The notes under the pieces: generated by a model | Database searches by the model: none | The model's input: only the letters and a program-made list of their open reading frames with translations | Told to the model about the DNA's origin: nothing | Origin: an uncultured Candidatus Entotheonella sp. | GTDB taxonomy: Bacteria; Tectomicrobia; Entotheonellia; Entotheonellales; Entotheonellaceae | Reading direction: 5' to 3' | Assembly (NCBI GenBank): GCA_965217185.1 | Contig: OZ244252.1 | Span: 32,001 to 96,000 of the forward strand | DNA length: 64,000 nt | Made by a program: the position numbers and the translations under genes | Shown here: positions 45,883-55,628 of the stretch, in pieces | Position numbering within the stretch: position 1 is the stretch's first letter | Layout: the number at the start of each line of letters is the position of its first letter

Positions 45883-47169
45883 TCAGAAAATGGGGTTGTG
45901 CACCACGGCATGCTCTCGGCCGTGACCGGTGGAAATGATGGACACCTCGCTCTCCATAACCGCTGTCAGCCGGTCGATATATCGCTTGGCGCCGTCTGGA
46001 AAATCTTTGTACGACGTCAACCCCGCGGTCGTCGCCTGCCAGCCGGGCAACTCCTCGTAGATCGGCTCGGCTTCCTGCAAGACGGTCAAATCGCTCGGCA
46101 TGTTCTTTAGCACCTCACCCCGATAGCGGTAGGCGGTGCACAGCGACAGGGAGGGCAGCGTGTCGAGGACGTCCAGTTTGGTGAGTGCCAGGCTGGTGAC
46201 GCCGTTGTGCCACAGGCTGGACCGCGCGCTCACCGCATCGAACCAGCCGCAGCGCCGCACCCGACCGGTGGTGGCGCCGAATTCCTGTCCGCGCTCCTGC
46301 AGAATTTTCCCGTCGCTGTTTTGCAACTCGGTGGGGAAGGGACCCATGCCGACCCGTGTGGCGTATGCCTTCACCACCCCGATCACGTGCGTCAGGCGCG
46401 TCGGAGCAATTCCCGCACCGCTGCACAGCCCGCTGCTGTTGGTGTTCGACGAGGTGACGTACGGGTAGGTGCCGTGATCGAGATCGAGGAGCGACCCCTG
46501 GGCGCCTTCCAGCAGCAGATGCTCGCCTTTGCGGATGGCCTCGCGCACCATGACGTCGGTGTCCTGCACAAAATCGCGCAACGTGTCGGCGTAACCGGCA
46601 TACGCCTCGCAGACCGTCTCGGGGTCGACGGGTTCCTGGTGGAAGAAATCGCGCAGCAGGAAATTGTTCTCCGGCAGATTGGCCTCCAGGCGCTCGCGGA
46701 ATTGCGACGGCGATAGCACGTCCTGCATCCTCACGCCGCTGCGCGCCGCTTTGTCGGTGTACGTGGGGCCGATCCCCCTGCCGGTGGTGCCGATTTTCTG
46801 GCCGCCGCGTCGCGCCTCGCGCCCAACGTCCAGCAGGCGGTGGTGGGGCAGGGTGACGTGCGCCTTGGGGCTGATGAACAAGCGTCCACGCAGATCGATG
46901 CCACGAGCTTTCAGTTGCTGCATCTCCTCCACCAATGACTCGGGATCAATGACCACACCGGCGCCGATGATGCAGCGAATGCCGGGATGCAACACCCCGG
47001 AGGGGATTTGGTGAAAGACGTACTTCTCGTCGCCGACCACGATGGTGTGCCCGGCATTGGCGCCGCCCTGACAGCGGATGACCCACTGCACCTGCGGGGT
47101 TAGCAAATCGACGATCTTGCCTTTTCCTTCATCGCCCCACTGGACGCCCACAATCGCCACAACTGCCAT
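45883..47169 (-). CDS. purA: adenylosuccinate synthase
   Basis: QWGDEGKGKIVD, GGANAGHT, GTTGRGIGP, EFGATTGR.RRCGW, TKLDVL. Confidence 0.98.
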   Translation of the reverse strand: MAVVAIVGVQWGDEGKGKIVDLLTPQVQWVIRCQGGANAGHTIVVGDEKYVFHQIPSGVLHPGIRCIIGAGVVIDPESLVEEMQQLKARGIDLRGRLFISPKAHVTLPHHRLLDVGREARRGGQKIGTTGRGIGPTYTDKAARSGVRMQDVLSPSQFRERLEANLPENNFLLRDFFHQEPVDPETVCEAYAGYADTLRDFVQDTDVMVREAIRKGEHLLLEGAQGSLLDLDHGTYPYVTSSNTNSSGLCSGAGIAPTRLTHVIGVVKAYATRVGMGPFPTELQNSDGKILQERGQEFGATTGRVRRCGWFDAVSARSSLWHNGVTSLALTKLDVLDTLPSLSLCTAYRYRGEVLKNMPSDLTVLQEAEPIYEELPGWQATTAGLTSYKDFPDGAKRYIDRLTAVMESEVSIISTGHGREHAVVHNPIF

Positions 47170-47197
47170 GTATTGTTCTCCGTTTCTCGCTGCAAAG

Positions 47198-48169
47198 TCA
47201 GCCGTCGCCCAGCCCCGGCACACCGCCGACACTGCAGGCCGCCTTCACTGCGGCGCTCAGGGATTCGGCTACCAAGTCGGCCGCCACAATCCCCAGTTGA
47301 ATGGGGTCGGCGGTCTGCGTGCCTGTCGATACGGCAAACATCGTGTCGCCGTCGTACAGCGTATGGGCGGGCGACAATCCCTTGACGAAGCCATGCTGCG
47401 CAAGCTGAGCCAATTTGCGGGCCTGCGGTTTGCTTAACTTGGCGTTGGTCGCCACGACGCCGAGCGTCGTGTTGGTGCCGGCGTCCAGACGGGGCGTGGC
47501 CCCCCGCCGCAACTGTTCGGCGGTATCCGCCAGTGCCATGCTGTCAGGGGCTTCGCGGGTGCCCGCCAGCAGCGCGCCGGTGGCTGGCTCTCGGACATCG
47601 CCGAGCGCGTTGCAGACGACCAGGGCGCCGACCCATATGTCGTTGTCGATCTGTGCGCTTGCCGTTCCCACGCCGCCCTGCATGGCCTGGGGCATGCCGT
47701 ACAACTTGCCGACCGTGGCGCCCATGCCGGCGCCGGCGTTGCCCTGTTCAACCGGTCCGGCAGCGGCGGCTTGGCACGCCGCGTATCCCATGGCAGCGTC
47801 GGGGCGTATGCCGGCCGATCCGATGCCCAAGTCGTAGATAATCGCGGCCGGTACGATCGGCACGCAAGCGGCAGGTGTCGAAAATCCGATGCCCTGTTCT
47901 TCCAGCGCCCGCATGACGCCACCCGCCGCGTCCAGCCCGAAGGCGCTGCCGCCTGACAGCGTGATGGCGTGAATCGTCGGCGTCAGGTGTATGGCGTCCA
48001 GAACGACCAATTCCCGCGTGCCGCTCGCCGAACCGCGCACGTCAACCCCGCCCACGGCGCCATCCGGAAAGACCACAACGGTGCAGCCGGTCAACGCCTC
48101 GGCATCCTGCGCCTGGCCGACCAGCACGCCCGGCACGTCGGTTATCGCCTGCCACATAACGCCCCGCAT
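47198..48169 (-). CDS. P1/S58 (DmpA-like) peptidase
   Basis: ITDVPGV.VG, LSGGSAFGL, NTTLGVVATNA, DGDT.FA. Confidence 0.9.
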   Translation of the reverse strand: MRGVMWQAITDVPGVLVGQAQDAEALTGCTVVVFPDGAVGGVDVRGSASGTRELVVLDAIHLTPTIHAITLSGGSAFGLDAAGGVMRALEEQGIGFSTPAACVPIVPAAIIYDLGIGSAGIRPDAAMGYAACQAAAAGPVEQGNAGAGMGATVGKLYGMPQAMQGGVGTASAQIDNDIWVGALVVCNALGDVREPATGALLAGTREAPDSMALADTAEQLRRGATPRLDAGTNTTLGVVATNAKLSKPQARKLAQLAQHGFVKGLSPAHTLYDGDTMFAVSTGTQTADPIQLGIVAADLVAESLSAAVKAACSVGGVPGLGDG

Positions 48170-48171
48170 CC

Positions 48172-49509
48172 TTATCCGGTGCTGCTTACCATCTCACCGA
48201 TGGCCAAGCCGCCGCTCACGCCATGCAAGCGCACCAGCGCCATCCGGTTCGACAGATCTTCCGACGCTTCGACGCCCACCTTGAGGTAATTGTCGCTGAA
48301 ACCGGTATACAGGCCCGAGGGCTCAAGACGCTCGAACAGCACTCGCGCCGTGGTTCCTACGTGGCTGCGATAAAACGCCGCCTTTTTGCGGGCGCTGAGT
48401 TCCCGCAGGATGCGGCTGCGTGCCTGAATGACGGCGGGCGGAACGGGATCCGTATAGCGTTGGGCGTACGTGTGCGGTCGCTCGGAGTATGAAAAAACGT
48501 GGCAATAGGCCAGCGGCAGGTCGGCCAGCAACAGGCGGGTGTTGGCGAATGCGGCCTCGTCTTCGCCGGGGAAGCCCACCATCGCGTCCGTGCCCAGGCA
48601 AACATCCGGCACGCGCGCCGTGACTCGTTCGATAAACGCCGCGAAGTCGGCGCGCGTGTAGCGCCGCTTCATGCGCTGCAGCACGCCGTCGTCGCCGCTC
48701 TGCAGGGGTACGTGCAGGTACGGGCACAGCTTGGACGAGGTCGCCATCCAATCGACCAGTGCCTCGGGGATGGTGGTCGGCTCAATGGAACTGATACGGA
48801 CACGGTCGAGGCCGTCAACGTCTTCCAACGCACGGATAACCTGGAGCAGGTCGTGGCCGTCGGTTGTGTAGGTGCCGATGTTGACGCCGGTGAGCACGAT
48901 CTCTCGGTGACCCCTTTCGACCAGGCCGCGGGCCTCCCGGAGGATGTCCGGGAACTTGCGGCTGCGCGCGCCGCCGCGGCTGAAGGGGATGATGCAGAAG
49001 GCGCAGGCGAAGTTGCAGCCGTCCTGGATTTTCAGGTTGGCCCGCGTGTGAGCGCTGTAATTGCCAATCACGTCCAGGGTGAAATCATCGCGGGCGATTT
49101 TCGGGGTGTGAACGACGCGCGGCGCGGCTTCCTTTTGCGGCGCGTCGATAAGGTCCACGACCTGCATTTTGTGGGCCGTGCCGACGATCAAATCGAGCCC
49201 GTCGATGCCTTGCAACGCCTCCTTGCCCACCTGCGCGTAGCATCCGGTGACGACCACGTAGGCGCTCGGCGAGCGGCGCAGCACGGTGCGCACTGCCTGG
49301 CGACACTTGGCCTCGGCGCCTTCGGTGACCGAGCAGGTATTGATGACGCACACGTCGGTGTCGGCGCCGTAATCGACGATGTGGTAACCCCGGTTGGCAA
49401 ACGTCGCGCTGATCGACGCCGTCTCGGCCTGATTGAGGCGGCAGCCCAAGGTGTGGAACGACGCTCGCAAGCCGTTTTCGGGGCTCGCCGGCCCGTCAGT
49501 TGTACGCAT
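48172..49509 (-). CDS. mtaB: tRNA t6A37 methylthiotransferase
   Basis: TLGCRLNQAET, INTCSVT, KIQDGCNFACAFC. Confidence 0.93.
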   Translation of the reverse strand: MRTTDGPASPENGLRASFHTLGCRLNQAETASISATFANRGYHIVDYGADTDVCVINTCSVTEGAEAKCRQAVRTVLRRSPSAYVVVTGCYAQVGKEALQGIDGLDLIVGTAHKMQVVDLIDAPQKEAAPRVVHTPKIARDDFTLDVIGNYSAHTRANLKIQDGCNFACAFCIIPFSRGGARSRKFPDILREARGLVERGHREIVLTGVNIGTYTTDGHDLLQVIRALEDVDGLDRVRISSIEPTTIPEALVDWMATSSKLCPYLHVPLQSGDDGVLQRMKRRYTRADFAAFIERVTARVPDVCLGTDAMVGFPGEDEAAFANTRLLLADLPLAYCHVFSYSERPHTYAQRYTDPVPPAVIQARSRILRELSARKKAAFYRSHVGTTARVLFERLEPSGLYTGFSDNYLKVGVEASEDLSNRMALVRLHGVSGGLAIGEMVSSTG

Positions 49510-49632
49510 TGCTTTCTCCTGAAACCGTCCGGCTACACAAGACGCGTCGGCTTGCTCGCCATCTATGGGTGCGCTACGCTTCTCACGCCACCGAATAGGA
49601 TCCTGGATATTTCAATCAAGCGAGGAATCATT

Positions 49633-50544
49633 GTGCGGCATGCCACAACCCGCCAAGTGCGCGTCCGCGTTCCGGCTACGACGGCCAACCTGGGTTGCGG
49701 GTTCGACATCCTGGGGCTCGCGCTGCAAATCTACAATACCTTTACGTTGACTCTGACGCCCGAACCGGGCTGGCGCGTCACGCTGCCGGACGGGGTCGAT
49801 CTGCCGTCCGATAGCAATAACCTGGTGTTCAAGGCCGCCCGCGACGTGTTTGCCAAGGTCGGTGACACACCGGCGGGATTGCATTTGTCGTTGGATATGG
49901 ACATCCCCCTGGCGCGCGGTCTTGGCAGCAGTTCAGCGGCAATCGTCGGTGGTCTGCTCGCCGCCAACGCGCTGGCCGGCAATCCGCTGAAACCTGAGGC
50001 GCTGCTTGCCATGGCCGTCGAGATGGAGGGGCATCCCGACAACGTCACTCCAGCGCTGATGGGCGGTCTGACCCTCTCCTATGCCATCGACGGGTGTCAT
50101 GCGTTCCTGCCCCTGAATTTTCCGTCCGACCTGAGCCTGATCGTGGCCATCCCCGACTTTGAACTGCCGACCGCCAAGGCGCGTGCCGTGCTTCCTCCGC
50201 AGATCAGCCGGGCCGACGCGGTGTTCAATTGCAGCCGCACCGCCCTGCTCATGGCGGCGCTTCAGATGAAGCGCTACGACCTCCTGGCCGCGGCCATGGA
50301 CGACCGTCTCCACCAGCCTTTTCGCGCCGCCCTTGTTCCCGGCATGGAAGCCGCCATGGCCGCCGGCTATCGCGCCAAGGCGTTGGGTGTGGTGCTCAGT
50401 GGCGCCGGGCCTACCCTGGTCGCCTTGGCCCGCTCCGAGTCGCAGGCCGTCGCCGCGGCGATCAGCGACGCCTTCGCGGCACATCATGTTACGTGCCGGA
50501 CCCAACTCGTACAAGCCGACATCGAAGGCGCCATGGTCTGGTAG
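49633..50544 (+). CDS. thrB: homoserine kinase
   Basis: VPATTANLG.GFD, PLARGLGSS, EGHPDN, LSGAGPT. Confidence 0.95.
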   Translation: MRHATTRQVRVRVPATTANLGCGFDILGLALQIYNTFTLTLTPEPGWRVTLPDGVDLPSDSNNLVFKAARDVFAKVGDTPAGLHLSLDMDIPLARGLGSSSAAIVGGLLAANALAGNPLKPEALLAMAVEMEGHPDNVTPALMGGLTLSYAIDGCHAFLPLNFPSDLSLIVAIPDFELPTAKARAVLPPQISRADAVFNCSRTALLMAALQMKRYDLLAAAMDDRLHQPFRAALVPGMEAAMAAGYRAKALGVVLSGAGPTLVALARSESQAVAAAISDAFAAHHVTCRTQLVQADIEGAMVW

Positions 50545-50762
50545 ACAGGGGTCATCATTTGGCGCCGGGCTACCTTTGACGAAGGCGGGATTGTACCACA
50601 AGGGTCTGGCTCCGTTGTTGCAGGCTGTGTTCAGGGCACTTCGGGAAGGCTTGACAAAGAAGGGTGGCTTATGAGAGAAGTGCCGACGCGAATGCAAGCG
50701 TCGCTACGGAGTGTGGTAGTGCGGCTCAACGGTTAATTGTCATACGGAGAGAGGAGCACGTC

Positions 50763-51881
50763 ATGCAAGTAGAATGGCTGAAGCGATACATGACCCAGCA
50801 GCACCAGGGTTGCCAACACGAACACGTCGCGGGGGCAGAGGATGCCACGACCGAACAAGACGAAGGCGGCGTGTCGCGCCGTGATTTCGTCAAGACCGGC
50901 TTTGCCGCCGGCATGGCCGCCGGCATGGCTGCCGGGCACGTGATCGGTGAGCCCGGGGAAGCCGAGGCGGAGGCGCACTGGGATTTCCCCTTGGGCGCCC
51001 AGTGGTGGCCGTCCGAATGGGGCCCGGAGGATGAGGCCGGCGCTTCCAACCGCATCACGCCGAGCAAGGTGCTGGAGGCCGCCAGCCTGATTCGCAAGGG
51101 CAAGACATACCGCCTTGGCATGGTACTGGAGGCTGGGGTTCCCCTGTTTGGCGCACGGCACGTTTCGATCACCATTCCGGGCGGCCCCACCGGCGGTCCG
51201 TTTGGCGACCAGCAACTCATGTACAACGACGAGATGTTCAGCGGCGAGATCGGCCAAGTCGGGTCGCAGTTTGACGGCCTCGGCCACATTGGCGCCAAGG
51301 TGGGCGACACGATCCGCTACTACAACGGCTTCACGCAGGACCAGGTGGGCGGCTCTTATGGCTTGCAAAAGTTGGGCGTTCACAACTGCAAGCCGTTTTT
51401 CACGCGCGGTATCCTGCTTGACGTGGCGTCCATGAAGGGTGAAGAACGGCTGCCTATCGGCTACGTCATCACCATGAACGATGTCGCGGACACGCTCAGC
51501 AAGCAGGGCATTAGCGAACCCGGTGAGGGCGACGCGGTCATGTTCCGCACCGGCCACATCAGCTTGTGGATGAAAGACAACGAAGAGTACAACAAGGGCT
51601 GCCCGGGTCCCGGCGCGACGGTGGCCAGATGGCTCGCCGAGCGCAAAATCGCCTGCGTCGGCGGCGACAGTTGGCCGGTCGAGGCCGTGCCGGGTGAGGT
51701 GGAGAGCCAGCCGTTCGCGTGCCACGTGATCTGGATCCCCATGAACGGCATCTACATCATCGAGAACCAGTTCCTGGATGAATTGGCGAACGACGGCGTT
51801 TACGAGTTTGCCTGGTCGTTCAGCCCGTGGCCGGTCAAGGGCGGCACCGGGGCACCGGGCATCTCCGTGGCCATTGCCTAA
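50763..51881 (+). CDS. Tat-exported cyclase (kynurenine formamidase-like) family protein
   Basis: SRRDFVK Tat motif, WGPEDEAG, QVGSQFDGLGH, TRGILLDV, RTG, IIEN. Confidence 0.85.
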   Translation: MQVEWLKRYMTQQHQGCQHEHVAGAEDATTEQDEGGVSRRDFVKTGFAAGMAAGMAAGHVIGEPGEAEAEAHWDFPLGAQWWPSEWGPEDEAGASNRITPSKVLEAASLIRKGKTYRLGMVLEAGVPLFGARHVSITIPGGPTGGPFGDQQLMYNDEMFSGEIGQVGSQFDGLGHIGAKVGDTIRYYNGFTQDQVGGSYGLQKLGVHNCKPFFTRGILLDVASMKGEERLPIGYVITMNDVADTLSKQGISEPGEGDAVMFRTGHISLWMKDNEEYNKGCPGPGATVARWLAERKIACVGGDSWPVEAVPGEVESQPFACHVIWIPMNGIYIIENQFLDELANDGVYEFAWSFSPWPVKGGTGAPGISVAIA

Positions 51882-51917
51882 TTCGGGCAACACGGGTTTG
51901 TAATTCCTCCCTGATAC

Positions 51918-51959
51918 CGGGGCGAGTGTTGCATGGCAGCGCTCGCCCCGTCTTTTTTT
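51918..51959 (+). terminator. intrinsic terminator
   Basis: CGGGGCGAGTGTTGC-atg-GCAGCGCTCGCCCCG followed by TCTTTTTTT. Confidence 0.9.
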
Positions 51960-52007
51960 GGATTCCCAAAACCCGGCTTCAAATTGGCATGCCAGAAAGG
52001 GCGCAGC

Positions 52008-52970
52008 ATGAAATTCGGTCTGCATCTCGGCACGCGGGGCGTCGTTGCGCGTGCGGACGGCCTGCGGCGGGTGGCGCAGCACTGCGAGCGTCTGGGGCTG
52101 TCGTATTTCGGCCTCAGCGATCACGTCATCATCCCGGCACGCACGTCCTCTCGATATCCCTACAACGATTCCGGCACGTGGCCGGCCACCGATACGGGCT
52201 TGTGCCTTGAACAGCTCACCGCGTTGACGTGGGCTGCGGCCGCTACCGAACGCATCCGGCTGCTCACCTCGGTGATGGTGCTGATGCACCGCCCGCCGGT
52301 GTTGACCGCCAAGATGCTGGCTACCCTGGACGTGCTGTCCGGGGGCCGTCTGACGCTGGGAGTTGGAGTTGGTTGGATGGCCGAGGAACTGGCCGTTCTG
52401 GGTGCGCCGCGTTTCGATCGCCGGGGGGCGGCGTCCAACGAGTACATTCGTGCCTTCCGGTCGCTGTGGACGGAGGACGATCCGGCCATGGATGGCGAGT
52501 TCGTGCGCTTTGCCGGGGTGCGGTTTGCGCCCAAACCGGCGTCAAGACTGCCCATCTGGATCGGCGGCGAAGGTGCGGCAGCGCGGCGCCGCGCGGGACG
52601 CCTGGGCGACGGCTGGTATCCGGTCGGGCGCAACCCGCGCGCCATGCTGGACACGCCAGCGTTATTTGGTGAGGCGCTCGTAGACGTGCATCGCCACGCC
52701 GAGACGGCGGGCCGCAACCCTCACGATATCGATACCGCCATGTTTATCCCGTGGTATTGCCTCGGAACCGAATTGCCGCGTCCCGAGGGCGGGCGGCTGC
52801 CGTTTGCGGGTTCCGCAGGGCGCATTGCGGAAGACGTGGCGGCATTTGGCGAACGGGGACTGAAGCACCTGATTATCGGCTTCGAGAGTGACGACCTCAG
52901 TGAGACGCTGGACCTTACCGAGCAGTTCGCCAAGGAGGTTGCGGGCTGTGGTGTTGACAGTACCGGCTAA
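52008..52970 (+). CDS. LLM class, probably F420-dependent, oxidoreductase
   Basis: SDHVIIP, AAATERIRL, AKMLATLDVLSGGRL.LGVG.GW..EE, PIWIGG. Confidence 0.88.
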   Translation: MKFGLHLGTRGVVARADGLRRVAQHCERLGLSYFGLSDHVIIPARTSSRYPYNDSGTWPATDTGLCLEQLTALTWAAAATERIRLLTSVMVLMHRPPVLTAKMLATLDVLSGGRLTLGVGVGWMAEELAVLGAPRFDRRGAASNEYIRAFRSLWTEDDPAMDGEFVRFAGVRFAPKPASRLPIWIGGEGAAARRRAGRLGDGWYPVGRNPRAMLDTPALFGEALVDVHRHAETAGRNPHDIDTAMFIPWYCLGTELPRPEGGRLPFAGSAGRIAEDVAAFGERGLKHLIIGFESDDLSETLDLTEQFAKEVAGCGVDSTG

Positions 52971-54157
52971 CGACCGGTTTGCCCGGTCGCCGACAGGTAG
53001 GGGCGGGTAATGGCGCGGCCGATCACGACGTTCTGAATTTCCGTGGTGCCGTCCAGATATTGCGCCATTTTGGCGACGGTCAAGTGGCGTGCCAGTGGGT
53101 ATTCGGTGCGGAAGCCGTTTGCCCCCATGGCCTGCATGCAGTCGGCGATGCGGCTGAGCGCCACCCGCGTGGCGAACTTCTTAGCATGGGCGGCGGCCAG
53201 GGTATGACGGCCCGTTCCATCGTCGAGCACCGTGGCGGCATGCGCGGTCAGCAGTCGTGCGGCCTCCAGGTCGGTAGCGGCGTCGGCCAGCAGCGACTGG
53301 ACGGCTTGGTGCTCCAGCACCGATTTTCCGAACGTGCGCCGTCCGGCGCCGTGCTCCATCGCCACTTCCAACGATCTTCCCAGCATGCCGCAGCACATGG
53401 CGGCGACCGTGATGCGCGCGAAATCGACCCCGGCCAAAGCTGCCTTGAATCCCTCGCCGGGTCCCACCAGAACGTCGTCCACGCCGATGTGGCATCCTTC
53501 GAAACGAAATCCGCCGGTTCCGAGCGCGTGGCCGCCCAACAGGCGATAGGCCGGTTCCCGGATCACTCCTGGGGCGTCGGCTTCCACGATGAAGCAAGCG
53601 ATGCCGCGCCAGCCTGCCGACGCATCGGTCTGGGCGTACACGCTCAACAGGTCGGCGGTTGCGCCGTTGCTGACCCATGCCTTGGCGCCGTCGAGCCGCC
53701 AGCCGCGGCCATCTCGCCGCGCTGTCGTCGTCATCGCCGCCGCGTCGCTTCCGCCTTGAGGCTCGGTGAGCAGGAAAGCGCCGATTTGCTCGCCAGCGAT
53801 CAGTCCTGGCAGCCAACGCTCCAGTTGCGGGGTGCTGGCGTTGCGCGTGATGCCGCGCGCCAGGTTGTTATGCACGGTCAGCGCGAATGCTGAGGCCATG
53901 CAGGCTGCGGCCAGGGCTTCCACGACCAGAGTCATGGCCGGCATGCCGAGCCCGTGGCCGTGCATGGATTCCGGTACGGTGAGGCGACACAGCCCGCGCG
54001 CGGCGGCTTCCCGGAAGGCTTCCCTGGGAATGCTTCCGGCTTCCTCCCAAGCATCGGCATTCGGTTCGATCACATCGCGCGCAAACGCCCGCGCGGCGTC
54101 CACCACCTTCATTTCACGATCCGAAATCGGGGGCATAACAGCGGCAAGACCGTTCAT
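52967..54157 (-). CDS. acyl-CoA dehydrogenase family protein
   Basis: LTEPQGGSDA, LDGAKAWVSN, R.FGK.V..HQ, LDGTTEIQ. Confidence 0.92.
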   Translation of the reverse strand: MNGLAAVMPPISDREMKVVDAARAFARDVIEPNADAWEEAGSIPREAFREAAARGLCRLTVPESMHGHGLGMPAMTLVVEALAAACMASAFALTVHNNLARGITRNASTPQLERWLPGLIAGEQIGAFLLTEPQGGSDAAAMTTTARRDGRGWRLDGAKAWVSNGATADLLSVYAQTDASAGWRGIACFIVEADAPGVIREPAYRLLGGHALGTGGFRFEGCHIGVDDVLVGPGEGFKAALAGVDFARITVAAMCCGMLGRSLEVAMEHGAGRRTFGKSVLEHQAVQSLLADAATDLEAARLLTAHAATVLDDGTGRHTLAAAHAKKFATRVALSRIADCMQAMGANGFRTEYPLARHLTVAKMAQYLDGTTEIQNVVIGRAITRPYLSATGQTGR

Positions 54158-54265
54158 GGCAATCCATCAGCAACAACGTTGGCAGGATTGAAAGCGTAGG
54201 TCGTAATGCCAGGAATAGCTGGGAGGTTGCCTCGGCAACGTCGAATGCGGGTAGTTTCCAGGGGA

Positions 54266-54349
54266 TGCCGAAGGGGGGATTTGAACCCCCACGCCCGGTG
54301 AGGCACCACCCCCTCAAGATGGCGTGTCTACCATTTCCACCACTTCGGC
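54266..54349 (-). tRNA. tRNA-Leu(GAG), CCA not encoded
   Basis: GCCGAAG/CTTCGGC acceptor stem, anticodon loop TT-GAG-GG, long variable arm, GTTCAAATC; typical position after secG. Confidence 0.95.
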
Positions 54350-54452
54350 ATGCTTGCACGTCCCGAAAAACAGGTTTCCGAGACGGAAAGGAGGCACAGC
54401 ATAGCGCCTGCGCCCGGCCATTGTCAACGGCTTTCTCGGGCCGCCTGACCGG

Positions 54453-54827
54453 CTATTGTGTCGTTTCTTCCTGAGCCTCAGGCGCGGGTGCATTCTCCAC
54501 CGGCGGGGCTTCTTCGGGAGCAATCGGAGGCGCCGGCACCGCGGGTTGGTCGGTAGCGGCCGGGGCCTGATCCATAATCACTGAACTCTGGCCGCGGTGG
54601 GCGGAAAAATAGGCCAAGCTCAGGGACGTGATCATGAAGACGGCAGCGGCAACGGTCGTCATCTGCGACAGGAACGTCGTCGGGCCGCGGCTGCCGAAAA
54701 TGGTTTGCGATGAGCTAGCACCACCAAACGCGGCGCCGATGGACTGGCCCTTACCGACCTGCAAAAGAACGACCAGAATGAGGGTCAGTGCTACCATGAC
54801 GTGGACCACGATGAGCAGGATGAACAT
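54453..54827 (-). CDS. secG: preprotein translocase subunit SecG
   Basis: VLLQ.GKG..IGAAFGG, two TM segments; tpiA-secG-tRNA order. Confidence 0.95.
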   Translation of the reverse strand: MFILLIVVHVMVALTLILVVLLQVGKGQSIGAAFGGASSSQTIFGSRGPTTFLSQMTTVAAAVFMITSLSLAYFSAHRGQSSVIMDQAPAATDQPAVPAPPIAPEEAPPVENAPAPEAQEETTQ

Positions 54828-54841
54828 GTTGTGACATTCCT

Positions 54842-55612
54842 TCACGAATAGGTCAGAAGTTGGATGAATGAATCGACGTCGAGGCTTGCGCCGCCCACCA
54901 AGGCGCCGTCGACATCTTCTTCGGCCATCAGGGCGGCGATGTTGCCCGGATTGACGCTGCCGCCGTACTGAATGCGCACCGCCTCAGCCGCCTCGGTTCC
55001 CCAGCGTTGCGCCAGCAAGTCGCGCAGATAGCGATGCGCCTCCTGCGCCTGCTGCGGCATGGCGCTCACACCCGTGCCAATGGCCCACAACGGCTCGTAG
55101 CCCAAGACGATGCGGGGCATGGCGTCCGCCGAACACGATGCCAAGCTGTTCTGTATCTGCCGCTTGAGTACGTCGAAGGTCTGCCCCGCCTGCCGCTCGT
55201 CGAGCGTTTCCCCAATGCAGACAATTGGTTGCAGCCCAGCTTGCAACGCGGCGGATACTTTTCTGTCAACGATGACGTCTGTTTCGCCGAACCCTTGCCG
55301 GCGCTCGGAATGGCCGATGATGACATGGGAACATCCGACGTCAACCAGCATGGCAGCAGAAATTTCGCCTGTGTGCGCCCCGGCGGGCTCCCAGAATAGG
55401 TCCTGCGCGGCCAGGCGAAACGGTGTCGCGCGCAGGCGGCCTTGCAGGGTGGAGAGTGCCGTGAACGGCGCCGCTATGACGGCTTCAACGATGCCAGGGT
55501 CGGGGCACTGGTGCAGGAGATTGTCGGCGAACTGCCCGGCCTCCTCAAGGGTTTTGTTCATCTTCCAATTGGCGGCAATGATGGATCGCCGCCCGTTTGG
55601 GTTGTTCGGCAT
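54842..55612 (-). CDS. tpiA: triose-phosphate isomerase
   Basis: NWKMN, GHSERR, YEPLWAIGTG, YGGSV, LVGGASL. Confidence 0.98.
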   Translation of the reverse strand: MPNNPNGRRSIIAANWKMNKTLEEAGQFADNLLHQCPDPGIVEAVIAAPFTALSTLQGRLRATPFRLAAQDLFWEPAGAHTGEISAAMLVDVGCSHVIIGHSERRQGFGETDVIVDRKVSAALQAGLQPIVCIGETLDERQAGQTFDVLKRQIQNSLASCSADAMPRIVLGYEPLWAIGTGVSAMPQQAQEAHRYLRDLLAQRWGTEAAEAVRIQYGGSVNPGNIAALMAEEDVDGALVGGASLDVDSFIQLLTYS

Positions 55613-55628
55613 CGCGGAGTCTCCCGTG

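Noticed and set aside
48499..49632. Long N-terminal extension of ThrB, and other long antisense ORFs (15858-18563, 2037-3851, 41825-43648)
   Set aside because: Shadow ORFs opposite real genes, expected in high-GC DNA
50763..54266. Genomic island integrated at tRNA-Leu
   Set aside because: No integrase and no duplicate of the tRNA 3' end seen in the window
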